DNA from: Candidatus Bathyarchaeia archaeon | Lineage (GTDB): Archaea > Thermoproteota > Bathyarchaeia > TCS64 | Reading direction: 5' to 3' | Assembly (NCBI GenBank): GCA_050014495.1 | Contig: JBEKDF010000055.1 | Location: 1-12,431, forward strand | Length of the DNA stretch: 12,431 nucleotides | Part shown: one piece after another, positions 1 to 9,086 of the stretch | How positions within the stretch are numbered: the stretch's first letter is position 1 | How the letters are laid out: every line of letters starts with the position of its first letter | Program-made: the position numbers and the translations under genes | Notes under the pieces: generated by a model | Told to the model about the DNA's origin: nothing | Databases searched by the model: none | Seen by the model: the letters and a program-made list of their open reading frames with translations, nothing else

Positions 1-1411
1 ACCTGGACGGGACCTCTTCGCCCTTGAGCCGTCCCTGCACTCTGTCTCTCACTAACTCTCGAAACTCGGGGGCAACATGTTGGTAGACATCAGTCCCAAT
101 GATCTCCGAAGGGTCGGAGTATCCAAGGAGATCAGCTCCCCTCTTATTGACGAATATATATCGTGAGTCGTCGAGCACGAATACAGCGTCGTTAAGCGTT
201 TCTAGTAAGCGCCTATATTGGGTCTCGGAACTAGCAGCGACTCGTAAGTCATCAAGAAGCTTGTGAACACAACCAACGTATCTTGAGAGTAAGGAGAGAG
301 TATCAGTGTCAGCATCTGAGAAGGCTTCTTTTCTGCTGCTACGCAGATCGATTACGGCGACGACGCCCTCACCATTCTTTACTGGAATAGACAGTCCAGA
401 CCTCTGAGCGGTCTCCTCTAGTAGAGTTGGCTCTTTTAAAAAATCTCCCACACCCACAGGTTTACCTTCGCGGACTGCCCTAGCCATGGAGTTACTGCTG
501 CTTAACGGCATCCTGAGCCCACGAGCTCTCCAACGACGCTCAACACAGACAAGCTCATCCCCCTCCACAACCATGAAGCTTAGGACTTCAGAGTCAAAGC
601 TCGCCTCGACAGCGTCTAAGGTTCTCCTCGCAAGCTCATCCAAGTTTCTAGACAATAATATTTCGGGTGCCTGACTGTGGAGGGAGCGCAAACGATTCTC
701 CCTTCCCTGGGTCTCGGTAACATCGTTGATGAAGACTACGACTACTGAGGCATCCTTGCCTAGCATCTGGGTCTGAGATACACGTATCCTGCACTTTCTC
801 TGAACTCCATCCGAGCATAATATGGTTAGGCCAGTCTCGCCACCCTTCTGAAGCGTTGTCTGCACGCTGGTTCTGTCTGATATGATTGTGAAAGATGTCA
901 GGCTCTTACCAATGATCTCAGAGTGTTCTCTGGAGACAAGCCGCTCAAACGGGGGGCTAGCATATATTATCTTATCTCCCGACTCGACGACTACAGCGAC
1001 TTCCTCGGCATTAGCTATAGCTAGCGCGATATCGTCACTACGCCTATTCTCCACTATTTCTTTTATTCTCCTTGTAAGAGCCGGGGCCTGATCTAAGGAA
1101 CGCTGTATTACTAGGTATGCGTCGACGCCTACGTCAAATGCGCGGGAGGTTATATTCTCTGAGTCTTCCATAGAGTAGATTATTTGGGGAGCCCTCGAAA
1201 CACCCCTAAGTGTTATGGACAGCTCAATCGAGTCGAGAATCTGTGAATGCCCGATTAGAATACAATCAAAGCGTTCGTTTGTGCAGATAGTGATTGCTTC
1301 CACTGAGTTCATGATTTGCTCGAGGTGTAGCTCCGAGTCAAGTTCTTGAAAACGCTGCTTTATGAGCCCCCTCAGATCTCCATCTGGCTCAACATGGAGT
1401 ACCCTTATCAT
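1..1411 (-). CDS. Signal-transduction protein, degenerate REC-PAS-GAF-PAS (runs off the left edge; absent from the ORF track)
   Basis: Manual translation from ATG 1411 (GGTGA RBS at 1419-1423): MIRVLHVEPD...FDCILIGH...AFDVGVDAYL is receiver-like; KIIYASPPFERLV...EIIGKSL is PAS-like; RSGLSIPVKNGEGVVAVIDLRS...AFSDAD is GAF-like; YRRLLETLNDAVFVLDDSRYIFVNKRGAELLGY is PAS. The frame is open to the window edge. Confidence 0.9.
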   Translation of the reverse strand, partial: MIRVLHVEPDGDLRGLIKQRFQELDSELHLEQIMNSVEAITICTNERFDCILIGHSQILDSIELSITLRGVSRAPQIIYSMEDSENITSRAFDVGVDAYLVIQRSLDQAPALTRRIKEIVENRRSDDIALAIANAEEVAVVVESGDKIIYASPPFERLVSREHSEIIGKSLTSFTIISDRTSVQTTLQKGGETGLTILCSDGVQRKCRIRVSQTQMLGKDASVVVVFINDVTETQGRENRLRSLHSQAPEILLSRNLDELARRTLDAVEASFDSEVLSFMVVEGDELVCVERRWRARGLRMPLSSSNSMARAVREGKPVGVGDFLKEPTLLEETAQRSGLSIPVKNGEGVVAVIDLRSSRKEAFSDADTDTLSLLSRYVGCVHKLLDDLRVAASSETQYRRLLETLNDAVFVLDDSRYIFVNKRGADLLGYSDPSEIIGTDVYQHVAPEFRELVRDRVQGRLKGEEVPSR

Positions 1412-1644
1412 CCGGGCATCACCGGGGCTCGCCAGCGACAAACTTGTTCAAAATTGAGAGGAGAGAAGAGTGGTTATTGAGGTATGGGTGTCCCCCTCTA
1501 TGACACACATTAACCGAGCGCATCCAAATTCAAAATAATTCTGCAGCCTAGAGTTTTAACAACTTCGCTCGTTTCATTATTAAAAAAAGGATTTAAATTA
1601 TTAACTGTATATTAACTTTAAATTATACTGAGAATAAAGTCAAT

Positions 1645-2208
1645 TTATTGACTAATATTCAGACGATCATTAACCGCCTTAGCCAACATTAAACCAAGCG
1701 GGATTGTGTATAAGGCCAATGTAGCATTAAAGAAACCAATCAAAGGTAAATAGGCAATGGTAATATCAAGAGGTAGACTAAAACCAATCGGTGGAGGAAA
1801 AGGGAGAACAATCCAATTAAGGATAGTCATTACTATAACTCTCATTATCATACCGAGAATAGTTGATGCAATATTAGATATTTTTTCATTATAAATTTTT
1901 ATAAAAGTTAAATATAACTTTTTAACAATATAAATACCGGATAGCATGCTTAGTACTGCAATAAAATTATAAATTGGTCCAGTAGGCAATGCACCAGGAT
2001 ATATTAATAATAATATTAAGGTGTTAATAATAGATACTGAAACTCCCATTTGAAATCCATAAAGTATTGAAACAGTAACAATAGGTATTTCCCATAATTG
2101 ATAAATTAGAAAAGGTGCATAAGGTGCAGGAATCTTTATTGGAGAAATATTCAGAAACACAGTGAGAGCTGCAAATACGACTAAGATGGAGATTTTTTTT
2201 GAATCCAT
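1645..2208 (-). CDS. ECF transporter S component (substrate unknown)
   Basis: 187 aa with about 5-6 hydrophobic helices; IKIPAPYAPFLIYQLWEIP...G...G resembles the RibU-like S-component N-terminal pattern. Confidence 0.75.
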   Translation of the reverse strand: MDSKKISILVVFAALTVFLNISPIKIPAPYAPFLIYQLWEIPIVTVSILYGFQMGVSVSIINTLILLLIYPGALPTGPIYNFIAVLSMLSGIYIVKKLYLTFIKIYNEKISNIASTILGMIMRVIVMTILNWIVLPFPPPIGFSLPLDITIAYLPLIGFFNATLALYTIPLGLMLAKAVNDRLNISQ

Positions 2209-2541
2209 TAATGGTCTTAAGTAAAAACGGCATTACTGATTTAAAAGTAACTACTAATTCTTTGGTTGACTATCACCAAGTTTTAATGAAGACAATCCAA
2301 GGAAACAAATGAATTTAAATCATTGCAATAACGAGCGCAACGATAATTAAGTATCCGTAATTTAACTCGCATGCGCACGCATCTAAGGAATATACTTAGG
2401 TTATTTTTCAAAACAGATTAGTGTGTATTTCTGGTGTCACATTTCATGTCGATGAAGCTGAAGCCTTTGACCTAGAAACATGGACCATACCTTGTTACAG
2501 AAATTTACCATTATTTAGATTGCTACAAATTCTGATGTAGA

Positions 2542-2988
2542 CTAACCGAGACGGGATTCAGCTATCAAGCCATTAAGTACGTCTATTGCTTTTCCGGCAT
2601 CCCTCTTTTTTACTAATATATGATCCTTAAGATAAGTCGACAAAGCGTATATGCTCACCCCCGACTCAGCCAGAGCAGTAGCTATCACAGATAGAAAACC
2701 GACGATCGAGAGATCCAGAACAATATCAAACGTAATCAGCCTGTAAGGCCCCTCTTCCCTATACCCAAGGAAACTATCACTCATCTTAACCCAGTCGGAG
2801 GAACGTAAAACAAGAGAAACCTCATCGGAGGTGATTGTGTAGGAGGTGAATGGCTTCAGGTCGTTCACCAGTTCCCAGGCCTGCTTCCTCTGCCTCGGGT
2901 CTATGAAGACTATCAAGTAATCGTCTGGATGCTCCTTAATTAGAGTCTTGGCTAAAATCTTCTTCATGTCACTAGTAATTGGGACCAA
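2542..2988 (-). CDS. ACT-domain protein (ACT_7/CASTOR-type)
   Basis: LDLSIVGFLSVIATALAESGVSIYALSTYLKDHILVK is the typical ACT_7 signature. Only 1 nt separates it from the upstream gene, suggesting an operon. Confidence 0.85.
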   Translation of the reverse strand: MVPITSDMKKILAKTLIKEHPDDYLIVFIDPRQRKQAWELVNDLKPFTSYTITSDEVSLVLRSSDWVKMSDSFLGYREEGPYRLITFDIVLDLSIVGFLSVIATALAESGVSIYALSTYLKDHILVKKRDAGKAIDVLNGLIAESRLG

Positions 2989-2989
2989 G

Positions 2990-3592
2990 TCACTCGAGCT
3001 CCTGTATATTCTTTCCCTTAGCGTTTAACTCGATGATTCTCGCCGTAAGCTTTGGAGCCCTCTTCTTTAGGTTCTTCAGGAAGGCACGCGGCTTAGCAGG
3101 AGAAATCATATAGATCTTCGATCCGGACATCAGAAGGACTATGTTTGCCTCCGAGTTCGTGAAGTCGACGAAGCCAAGTCCCGATTTCCTCAGCCTCTCC
3201 GCACTCACCTTCGTGTAGTTCAGTGCCTCCTCAGGAACGTCTCCAGGTTCTCTGATATAGACCTCTGCACGCACTATCTCTTTGTAAGGGAGGAATACAC
3301 TCCTCTTCAATAGTCTACGAATTCTTAGACCACTCTCTTCCAAAGTGTATCTGCTGGTGTAGACGGGTACCATGAAAGGGAGAACCAGACCGAGTGCCAA
3401 TGTTGCAGCCGATACGAGTATATTGCTAATGAAGTCCTCGGAATTCGTAGGTACCCCCGCGAGGTACAAGGTCACTGTGTTGTAGGCACTGAATACGAAC
3501 AAGGGGAGGTTAATACCCGGTATGATTATCCCGAGCAACTTCCTCTTTGTCATAAGGGGGAGAGCCTCAACTCGCTCGATCTGCTCTGCCAA
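2990..3592 (-). CDS. Membrane protein with two TM helices and a bacterial PH-like domain
   Basis: Two hydrophobic segments, then YTLEESGLRIRR...LPYKEI and a terminal YMISPAKPRAFLKNL motif typical of bPH families. Confidence 0.65.
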   Translation of the reverse strand: MAEQIERVEALPLMTKRKLLGIIIPGINLPLFVFSAYNTVTLYLAGVPTNSEDFISNILVSAATLALGLVLPFMVPVYTSRYTLEESGLRIRRLLKRSVFLPYKEIVRAEVYIREPGDVPEEALNYTKVSAERLRKSGLGFVDFTNSEANIVLLMSGSKIYMISPAKPRAFLKNLKKRAPKLTARIIELNAKGKNIQELE

Positions 3593-3686
3593 AGGCGATC
3601 CACTCAGAATACGGGGTCAAGTTTAAAAATAGTGCATAAACTCAACCCTTTTATTGACAACGTCGGCTGTACTCTGAGGCTCCAAA

Positions 3687-4232
3687 ATGGTCGAAATAAG
3701 CGATCAGGAAGTGGTGGTTCTACGTCTGGGTCATAGGCCCTCTAGGGATAAGAGAGTATCAACCCACTTACTCCTGGCTGCCAGAACATTTGGGGCCAAG
3801 AGGGCATACTACACCGGTACCCAGGATTCCTCCCTTGAAGAGTCGATCAGGAAGATAACTATGGATTGGGGTGGGAGTTTCACGCTCGAATATAACAGGA
3901 ACTGGAAGACCATCCTCAGTGAATGGGAGGGCAAAATTGTCCACCTCACGATGTACGGTTTACTCTACCAAGGGATTATCAGTGAGATACGCTCAGACCC
4001 GTCACCCAAACTAGTCATCGTCGGTGGGGCGAAGGTACCCGGGGAAGTCTATGGCGCTGCTGACTGGAACATCGCTGTGACGGGACAGCCACACTCTGAG
4101 GTGAGTGCCCTTGCAATGTTTCTGCACGAGCTGTACGAGGGCAGGGAACTGCTGCTAGATTTCCCCGGAGCCCGTCTAACCGTAATTCCGCAGGCAAAAG
4201 GTAAAAAACTCAAAACTACGAATTCCCGTTAA
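3687..4232 (+). CDS. trm56: tRNA (cytidine(56)-2'-O)-methyltransferase, archaeal SPOUT family
   Basis: VLRLGHRPSRDKRVSTH, VHLTMYG, VGGAKVPGEVY..ADWNIAVTGQPHSEVSALA and IPQAKGK are aTrm56 motifs. Confidence 0.96.
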   Translation: MVEISDQEVVVLRLGHRPSRDKRVSTHLLLAARTFGAKRAYYTGTQDSSLEESIRKITMDWGGSFTLEYNRNWKTILSEWEGKIVHLTMYGLLYQGIISEIRSDPSPKLVIVGGAKVPGEVYGAADWNIAVTGQPHSEVSALAMFLHELYEGRELLLDFPGARLTVIPQAKGKKLKTTNSR

Positions 4233-4267
4233 TAGGTAATTATTTTATAACAACATAGCGCGCGCGC

Positions 4268-4832
4268 CGGCTTACAAATATATTTACTAAATCGTTCATA
4301 TCATATAGCGGAAAGATTTGAGCAATCCGAAAGATATGTAGATATTGAACCTATTAATGCAACTACATGCTCATATGAATATGCAAGTATATTAAGAGAT
4401 ATAGGAAGTGTATTTGGTTCATTTATTGATAAAATGATTCGATTAACATCTAATACTAAAATAATTGGACAATTGGATATAACTAATTATAGAAAATTTC
4501 TAATTGATGAAATAAGTAATATAGATGAAGTATGCGCCGAGATGAACGCAAGTTATAGAGAAAAATATCTTTATCCTTTTGCAGATATAAAAAATACTTC
4601 TAAATCATTAAAATGGTGGAAAGCTTATACTGATTTAAAACATACAGACGTTGATGCAAGGGATCAAGGGTGCTTATCTAATATATTATATGGACTTGCT
4701 GCATTGGAAATTTTAACTGCATTATTTGACGAGTATTTCCATACTAGACGTCATATATATCAAATTGGAGTTTACTCAAATTACTTTGTTAAAAAAGAAG
4801 ATATATTACGTGATTTCACATTTCCAATTTAA
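4268..4832 (+). pseudogene. Uncharacterised protein with a WWxAYxxxKH motif, probably 5'-truncated
   Basis: The frame is open from 4251 (stop at 4248-4250) with protein-like YLLNRSYHIAERFEQSERYVDIEPINATTCSYEYASILRDIGS before the first ATG at 4434. There is no in-frame ATG/GTG/TTG upstream of 4434. Very AT-rich. Confidence 0.6.
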
Positions 4833-4900
4833 ATTAGTTATAATAAATGATCAAACTGCGCAATGCATGTATAAGGTACCTGCGACTATCCCAAAAACCC

Positions 4901-5542
4901 TCAACATTCTACTCGCGAGCAAGCATCTTTTTGTTTTTTTGTAAGATATCTCTTTATCATTGTTTTAGGCTCTAGCCAACCTACTATTAATGTTACAAAG
5001 GCCAAGACTACACTTAAGATGAAATAGTAATCTGCTTGTTGACTTGCTTCAACGTATTCTGAGGATACAACTGTAAAGGGCTTATAGGGTATATCTTGTT
5101 CCCATAAGCCTAGTGGCAAAGTAGCTATACCAGAAGTCTTTAGTAAATACTGTGAATTGTAACCCACATTACCATATTTTGAGGTAATATTCGCAAATGC
5201 TGTAAAAGAACCTTGACCAACTGGATTAAAGTCTGGAAAAGATATTTCCTCATAATCTCCTACTTTTAGTTGAGTAATATTTTCTGAACCAAGAACGTAT
5301 TTATAATCTCCAATTACCCATGCATTTATTGTCCCATTCGGAAAGGTCTTATCTCCAACATTTTTAAGAATAACAGAAATCGTGATTGGATGGTTCTGAA
5401 GAGGATATCCTAATTCGCCATCGACAACAATTTGAACTTTAAGGATATAATCTGTAGAGTTTCCATAAGTAGCTAAAGAAACATTAAAAAAACTAATGAA
5501 TAAAAGCATAAACGAGAATACTCCAATGATTTTTGTATTCAC
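4901..5542 (-). CDS. Exported, C-terminally anchored Ig-like (CARDB-like) protein
   Basis: Probable GTG start at 5542 gives a signal peptide (NTKIIGVFSFMLLFISFFNVSLA). ITISVILKNVGD is CARDB-like, and there is a C-terminal TM helix followed by a basic tail. Confidence 0.65.
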   Translation of the reverse strand: MNTKIIGVFSFMLLFISFFNVSLATYGNSTDYILKVQIVVDGELGYPLQNHPITISVILKNVGDKTFPNGTINAWVIGDYKYVLGSENITQLKVGDYEEISFPDFNPVGQGSFTAFANITSKYGNVGYNSQYLLKTSGIATLPLGLWEQDIPYKPFTVVSSEYVEASQQADYYFILSVVLAFVTLIVGWLEPKTMIKRYLTKKQKDACSRVEC

Positions 5543-5627
5543 AAAAGAACACTTAAACGCGCGCTCAATTTTAGATTTTATGATCAAAAAAAAAATTGTT
5601 AACACTTTCGTGGCACGTGCAACGGCC

Positions 5628-5719
5628 TGTTAAACATTCATATTTTTTTGCTAATTTAGAACGCAAAAGACCAAAATTGACCGTTAAACTACCACCATTG
5701 GTGCCATGTTAAACATTCA
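5628..5719 (+). repeat. 13-bp direct repeat TGTTAAACATTCA x2, with a partial GTTAAAC copy between
   Basis: Exact copies at 5628-5640 and 5707-5719; GTTAAAC at 5683-5689. Confidence 0.8.
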
Positions 5720-5740
5720 AGTCATTCTGTGCATGACCAT

Positions 5741-5911
5741 TCAGGGATGTGGAAAGTAATAACCAATTAAAAAGAAGAGAACAGCGGTAGCGATGCATAG
5801 TAAAGTGGTAAGTGTAAGCATTTTTCTCCGCTCCCTTCTAAGCCTCTCAAAATCTTGTTTTAGCTTTTCAACAGATCGACTCAGTGCTTGATCATCATTA
5901 CTAATGCCCAT
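5741..5911 (-). CDS. Small coiled-coil plus single-TM protein
   Basis: MGISNDDQALSRSVEKLKQDFERLRRERRK followed by a hydrophobic helix. The ORF-track start at 6016 is an alternative. Confidence 0.5.
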   Translation of the reverse strand: MGISNDDQALSRSVEKLKQDFERLRRERRKMLTLTTLLCIATAVLFFLIGYYFPHP

Positions 5912-6073
5912 GTAAAAGAAGAGGATGTCATCCACTTTAATGAATTTCGAGCGATGTGTGTAGGGCCATAGCCTTTTCTCCCAAACCCATCTACACATAA
6001 TAGTTAATTTATTCATATTTTGGTTCTGAGATGCGCGCGCGCAAAAAATATTAGAATATAGAGACTCATTTAA

Positions 6074-6523
6074 TCACTTGAGCCCCTTCTCCATCTGACT
6101 GGATACGGAATTCACCACCCACGACGCGATGAAACCGCTAGATGCCTGCTTGGCCAATAGAAGCCTATCATAATAGGTTTGAACTCTCCAGACCTTACCA
6201 TCCTTGATCTCGGCCACAGCGACGCATGGGACACTCATCTTCCCACCACTAGTTGTACCCTCCATCAGGTACTCATGTGTGACCAGGTTACCTGAGGCGG
6301 TAATTCTCAGCTCTGTAAACTTCAAGTTTGTGATCTTGGACTCTTCCGCTCTTCTGAACGACCATTCGAAGTATCGCTTATTCTCGACCTTACCCTTGAA
6401 AATCCCATCTGGGGAGGTGGCGATGACGTCGTCAGCAGTGAAGGAGATGGCCCCATCGATATCCTTCCTGTTCAACGCCTCGTGGATGCCCTGCAGCACC
6501 TTACACGGGTCTTCTCCCGACAT
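6074..6523 (-). CDS. SnoaL/NTF2-like fold protein
   Basis: EALNRKDIDGAISFTADDV...G.FKGK...EIKDGKVWRVQTYYD. Start ATG 6523 follows AGGTGAAGGTG. Confidence 0.88.
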   Translation of the reverse strand: MSGEDPCKVLQGIHEALNRKDIDGAISFTADDVIATSPDGIFKGKVENKRYFEWSFRRAEESKITNLKFTELRITASGNLVTHEYLMEGTTSGGKMSVPCVAVAEIKDGKVWRVQTYYDRLLLAKQASSGFIASWVVNSVSSQMEKGLK

Positions 6524-6711
6524 ATACCACACCTTCACCTTTCATTGGCGATTAACGCCACTGTATACATAAGAGATAACTGCTCTTAACGCTTTCCAAT
6601 CGCGCGTATGTTGCCTTTTATAATCACTTTAATGGCCATCAGCTAATAGATACAGTATCCTGATAGAGGAGGTCCACATTACTTTAATATTCTCGTAAAT
6701 ATGTCGAAGCC

Positions 6712-6987
6712 TTGAATAGATCAGGCATCGAGCTACGTGGCGATGTATTAAGTCAGATTAAAAATGGGATTGACACGCCGTCTAGGATCAGTTACTCGGT
6801 GAATTGTAATTGGCAGCAGCTGCGTCTCTTTCTGAGCGAGTTTGTAGATCAGGGGCTTGTAGTGTGTTTGGTTGAGGGAGAAACATCGAGGAAGAAGAAA
6901 CGTTATGTGATCACGCTGAAAGGAGAGGAAGTTTTGAGCTGCGTAGATAATTTCAGGCGTTTAGTGGGTGTGGAGAACGGAGTTTAG
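6712..6987 (+). CDS. Winged-helix transcriptional regulator (archaeal COG3432/HTH_45-like)
   Basis: RSGIELRGDVL...TPSRISYSVNCNWQQLRLFLSEFVDQGLV...YVITLKGEEVL. Confidence 0.85.
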   Translation: MNRSGIELRGDVLSQIKNGIDTPSRISYSVNCNWQQLRLFLSEFVDQGLVVCLVEGETSRKKKRYVITLKGEEVLSCVDNFRRLVGVENGV

Positions 6988-6998
6988 CCTCAGTTTCA

Positions 6999-7192
6999 GC
7001 GCGCGTACCATCGCTTTCTGAGACTGCTTTATCTATCAATCTTCCCAGCTGAATAATATCCCCAGCATCAAAAATATGCCCATAAACACAGTTCCAATCT
7101 GAGAGCTTTTCATTTACGAACTCTTCTACAGAATTTTTTAAGTCTTCAGACCAATTCTTGTCACAAAACGTTTTCTTCATACGTTTCTCCAT
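6999..7192 (-). pseudogene. Hypothetical gene, probably a 5' fragment ending at a (GC)n tract
   Basis: Strong RBS GAGGTGA (7197-7203) before ATG 7192. The frame has no stop before the tract at 6999-7008 and reads on antisense into the wHTH gene (stop at 6953). Confidence 0.5.
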
Positions 7193-7386
7193 TCTTTCAC
7201 CTCGCCCTTTTGCCCGTGCGCCCCTCAACTCTAGTCGAAACCTTCCCCATCCAACATATATATGCTTAAAATGAATATATATCAGGTTTTGTATGCTTCT
7301 AAGTTATACAAATCCATCATTATAAGTATTTACGACAAAATATTTACATTTTGTCTATAGAGTTTTTGTGTGTGTTTTTTTTGTTT

Positions 7387-7560
7387 TTAGATCTCAACCT
7401 GCGCGCGCTCTGATGCCGAGTTGTCCGCATTTCCTTTGAAACTCATGCTGTAGATCGTGGTTGGGGAGACCATAATCTGGTAAGCGAGCAGTGAATATGC
7501 GGATAGTGAACATAGGACTCCAAGCAAAGTGACGACTAGAAGGACCTTCTCTATGTTCAT
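7387..7560 (-). pseudogene. Signal-anchor N-terminal fragment of a membrane or exported protein
   Basis: MNIEKVLLVVTLLGVLCSLSAYSLLAYQ, a short polar stretch, then the frame crosses the tract at 7400-7408 (ERAQ) and stops a few codons later. Confidence 0.45.
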
Positions 7561-7655
7561 GCTTGTCACTAATACGCTCGCGCACAGAGGTATCTTATTC
7601 TTGGAATAAACATTAAAGGTGGAAACTCATAAGTTCACACCCGAGGCTGACATTA

Positions 7656-8540
7656 GTGTCCTACATACTACCTGAAGTCATCCTATTTGGCTCAGTGTTC
7701 TCACTCTACGCCGTTAGCCAGACGCTGAGGCACAACGCCTCAGGCATACCCGACTTCTCAATCACATACTACACGGGACTCGGAGCCCTAGCCGCCACAA
7801 CGACGACCCAGGTGCTAGGCCTCAACGTCTACCTCTCCATACCCGCAGCGTTTGCCTTGGGGTGCCTCCTGGGCGCGGTCTATTACCACACCGTGATGAG
7901 AAGGATGGAAAAGAGGGGAGACAGCGCTGTGCTGAGGACCCTGTCTACCATAGGGCTCTCACTCCTCCTCGGAGCCACGGCAGAAATAGTCTACTACCTG
8001 AAGCCGTTCGGGGTCTGGGAGCTCATGGCCTACGACTTCACGGTCGGCGAACTAAATGGTGCCTTAATCGTATCGGCTGCACTGGCTGCATTAGTGACGG
8101 CCTCTCTGTCGATCTACCTCAGGAGGACGACGCTTGGATTAACGACCAGGGCCTCTGAGGAGAACCCCGAACTCGCGATGGTTTGCGGCCTGGATCCATG
8201 GAAGATAAAATTGGTGTCCTGGACTTTATCGGGCGGCCTGGCAGCGGTCACCGGGGTGTTACTCCCCCTTTTCATGTGCTACGTGCCCAGTTTCGACGTG
8301 ACCTCGCTCACCACCGTGTTCGCCTCCAGCATACTGGGTGGCTTTAGGTCGATCCCCCGGGTCGTGTTGGCGTGCTTCATAGTGATGGCGATTCAGTTCT
8401 ACGGGATATACTTCCTTCAGCTACTTTATGGTAATCAGCTGGGTGAGTGGTCCCAACTGATTCCGATTATGGTGATCGTTCTGTCTCTACTCACGTATCC
8501 GAGGCTACTGAAAGACAGTCCATTTCAATTCACACAATAG
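7656..8540 (+). CDS. Branched-chain amino acid ABC transporter permease (LivH-like), orphan
   Basis: RRTTLGLTTRASEENPELAMVCGLDPWKIKLVSWTLSGGLAAVTGVL and FASSILGG are BPD_transp_2 signatures. Confidence 0.9.
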   Translation: MSYILPEVILFGSVFSLYAVSQTLRHNASGIPDFSITYYTGLGALAATTTTQVLGLNVYLSIPAAFALGCLLGAVYYHTVMRRMEKRGDSAVLRTLSTIGLSLLLGATAEIVYYLKPFGVWELMAYDFTVGELNGALIVSAALAALVTASLSIYLRRTTLGLTTRASEENPELAMVCGLDPWKIKLVSWTLSGGLAAVTGVLLPLFMCYVPSFDVTSLTTVFASSILGGFRSIPRVVLACFIVMAIQFYGIYFLQLLYGNQLGEWSQLIPIMVIVLSLLTYPRLLKDSPFQFTQ

Positions 8541-8750
8541 CAGTGCGGTAATCTTATCCAAATCTCCTCTAGTCTTTGCACTTGCAGACCAGGATGAGTG
8601 TGTGAATTAAGTACGCGCGCGAGTACCTCTATAATGATGGAAGAAAATTGCCACTTCGGGGTTTGGATTTGGAGGATAAGACTATGCCCCCACACACACA
8701 AAATGCGCGTAAAGTTCTAAACACTATATATTACACACTAATTTGACAAT

Positions 8751-9068
8751 ATGTCCTATGGATATGGAAAACTTCAGAGTCCCATATGGACCAGAAAACA
8801 CAGCTACGTAACCCTGCTCTCCCTATTGTTCATCTTCTTAACATTCTTCCCCGTGAGTGTCGCGTTGGCAAATGGACCCCCGGACGTCGCTGGCACCTAT
8901 ACATCATACGGTTTCCCTTTTACGTGGCTCACCGTAAAAATTGGGATATCCACCACCTACCAGATTACCAGCGTATCGGGCCTTCTGCTAAACCTCTGCT
9001 TTAACATAGTCATTAGTACTGTCATTGTGTATCCTCAGAAAGTGGCGCAGCTACTAAGCAAGAATTAG
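8751..9068 (+). CDS. Small two-TM membrane protein with a YGFPF motif
   Basis: Hydrophobic helix, loop containing SYGFPFTWL, second hydrophobic helix. Confidence 0.7.
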   Translation: MSYGYGKLQSPIWTRKHSYVTLLSLLFIFLTFFPVSVALANGPPDVAGTYTSYGFPFTWLTVKIGISTTYQITSVSGLLLNLCFNIVISTVIVYPQKVAQLLSKN

Positions 9069-9086
9069 ATCGAGGGCGCACGCTCA

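Noticed and set aside
486..1091. ORFs 486-674 and 882-1091 (+)
   Set aside because: Antisense shadows of the long minus-strand sensor gene.
3746..3752. GGATAAG (reverse CTTATCC) inside trm56
   Set aside because: Lacks the TARY prefix and encodes the conserved RDK residues; chance match.
8671..8746. GGAGG + ATG 8684 mini-ORF (20 aa)
   Set aside because: Low complexity; the apparent RBS is explained by the reverse-strand CTTATCC motif.
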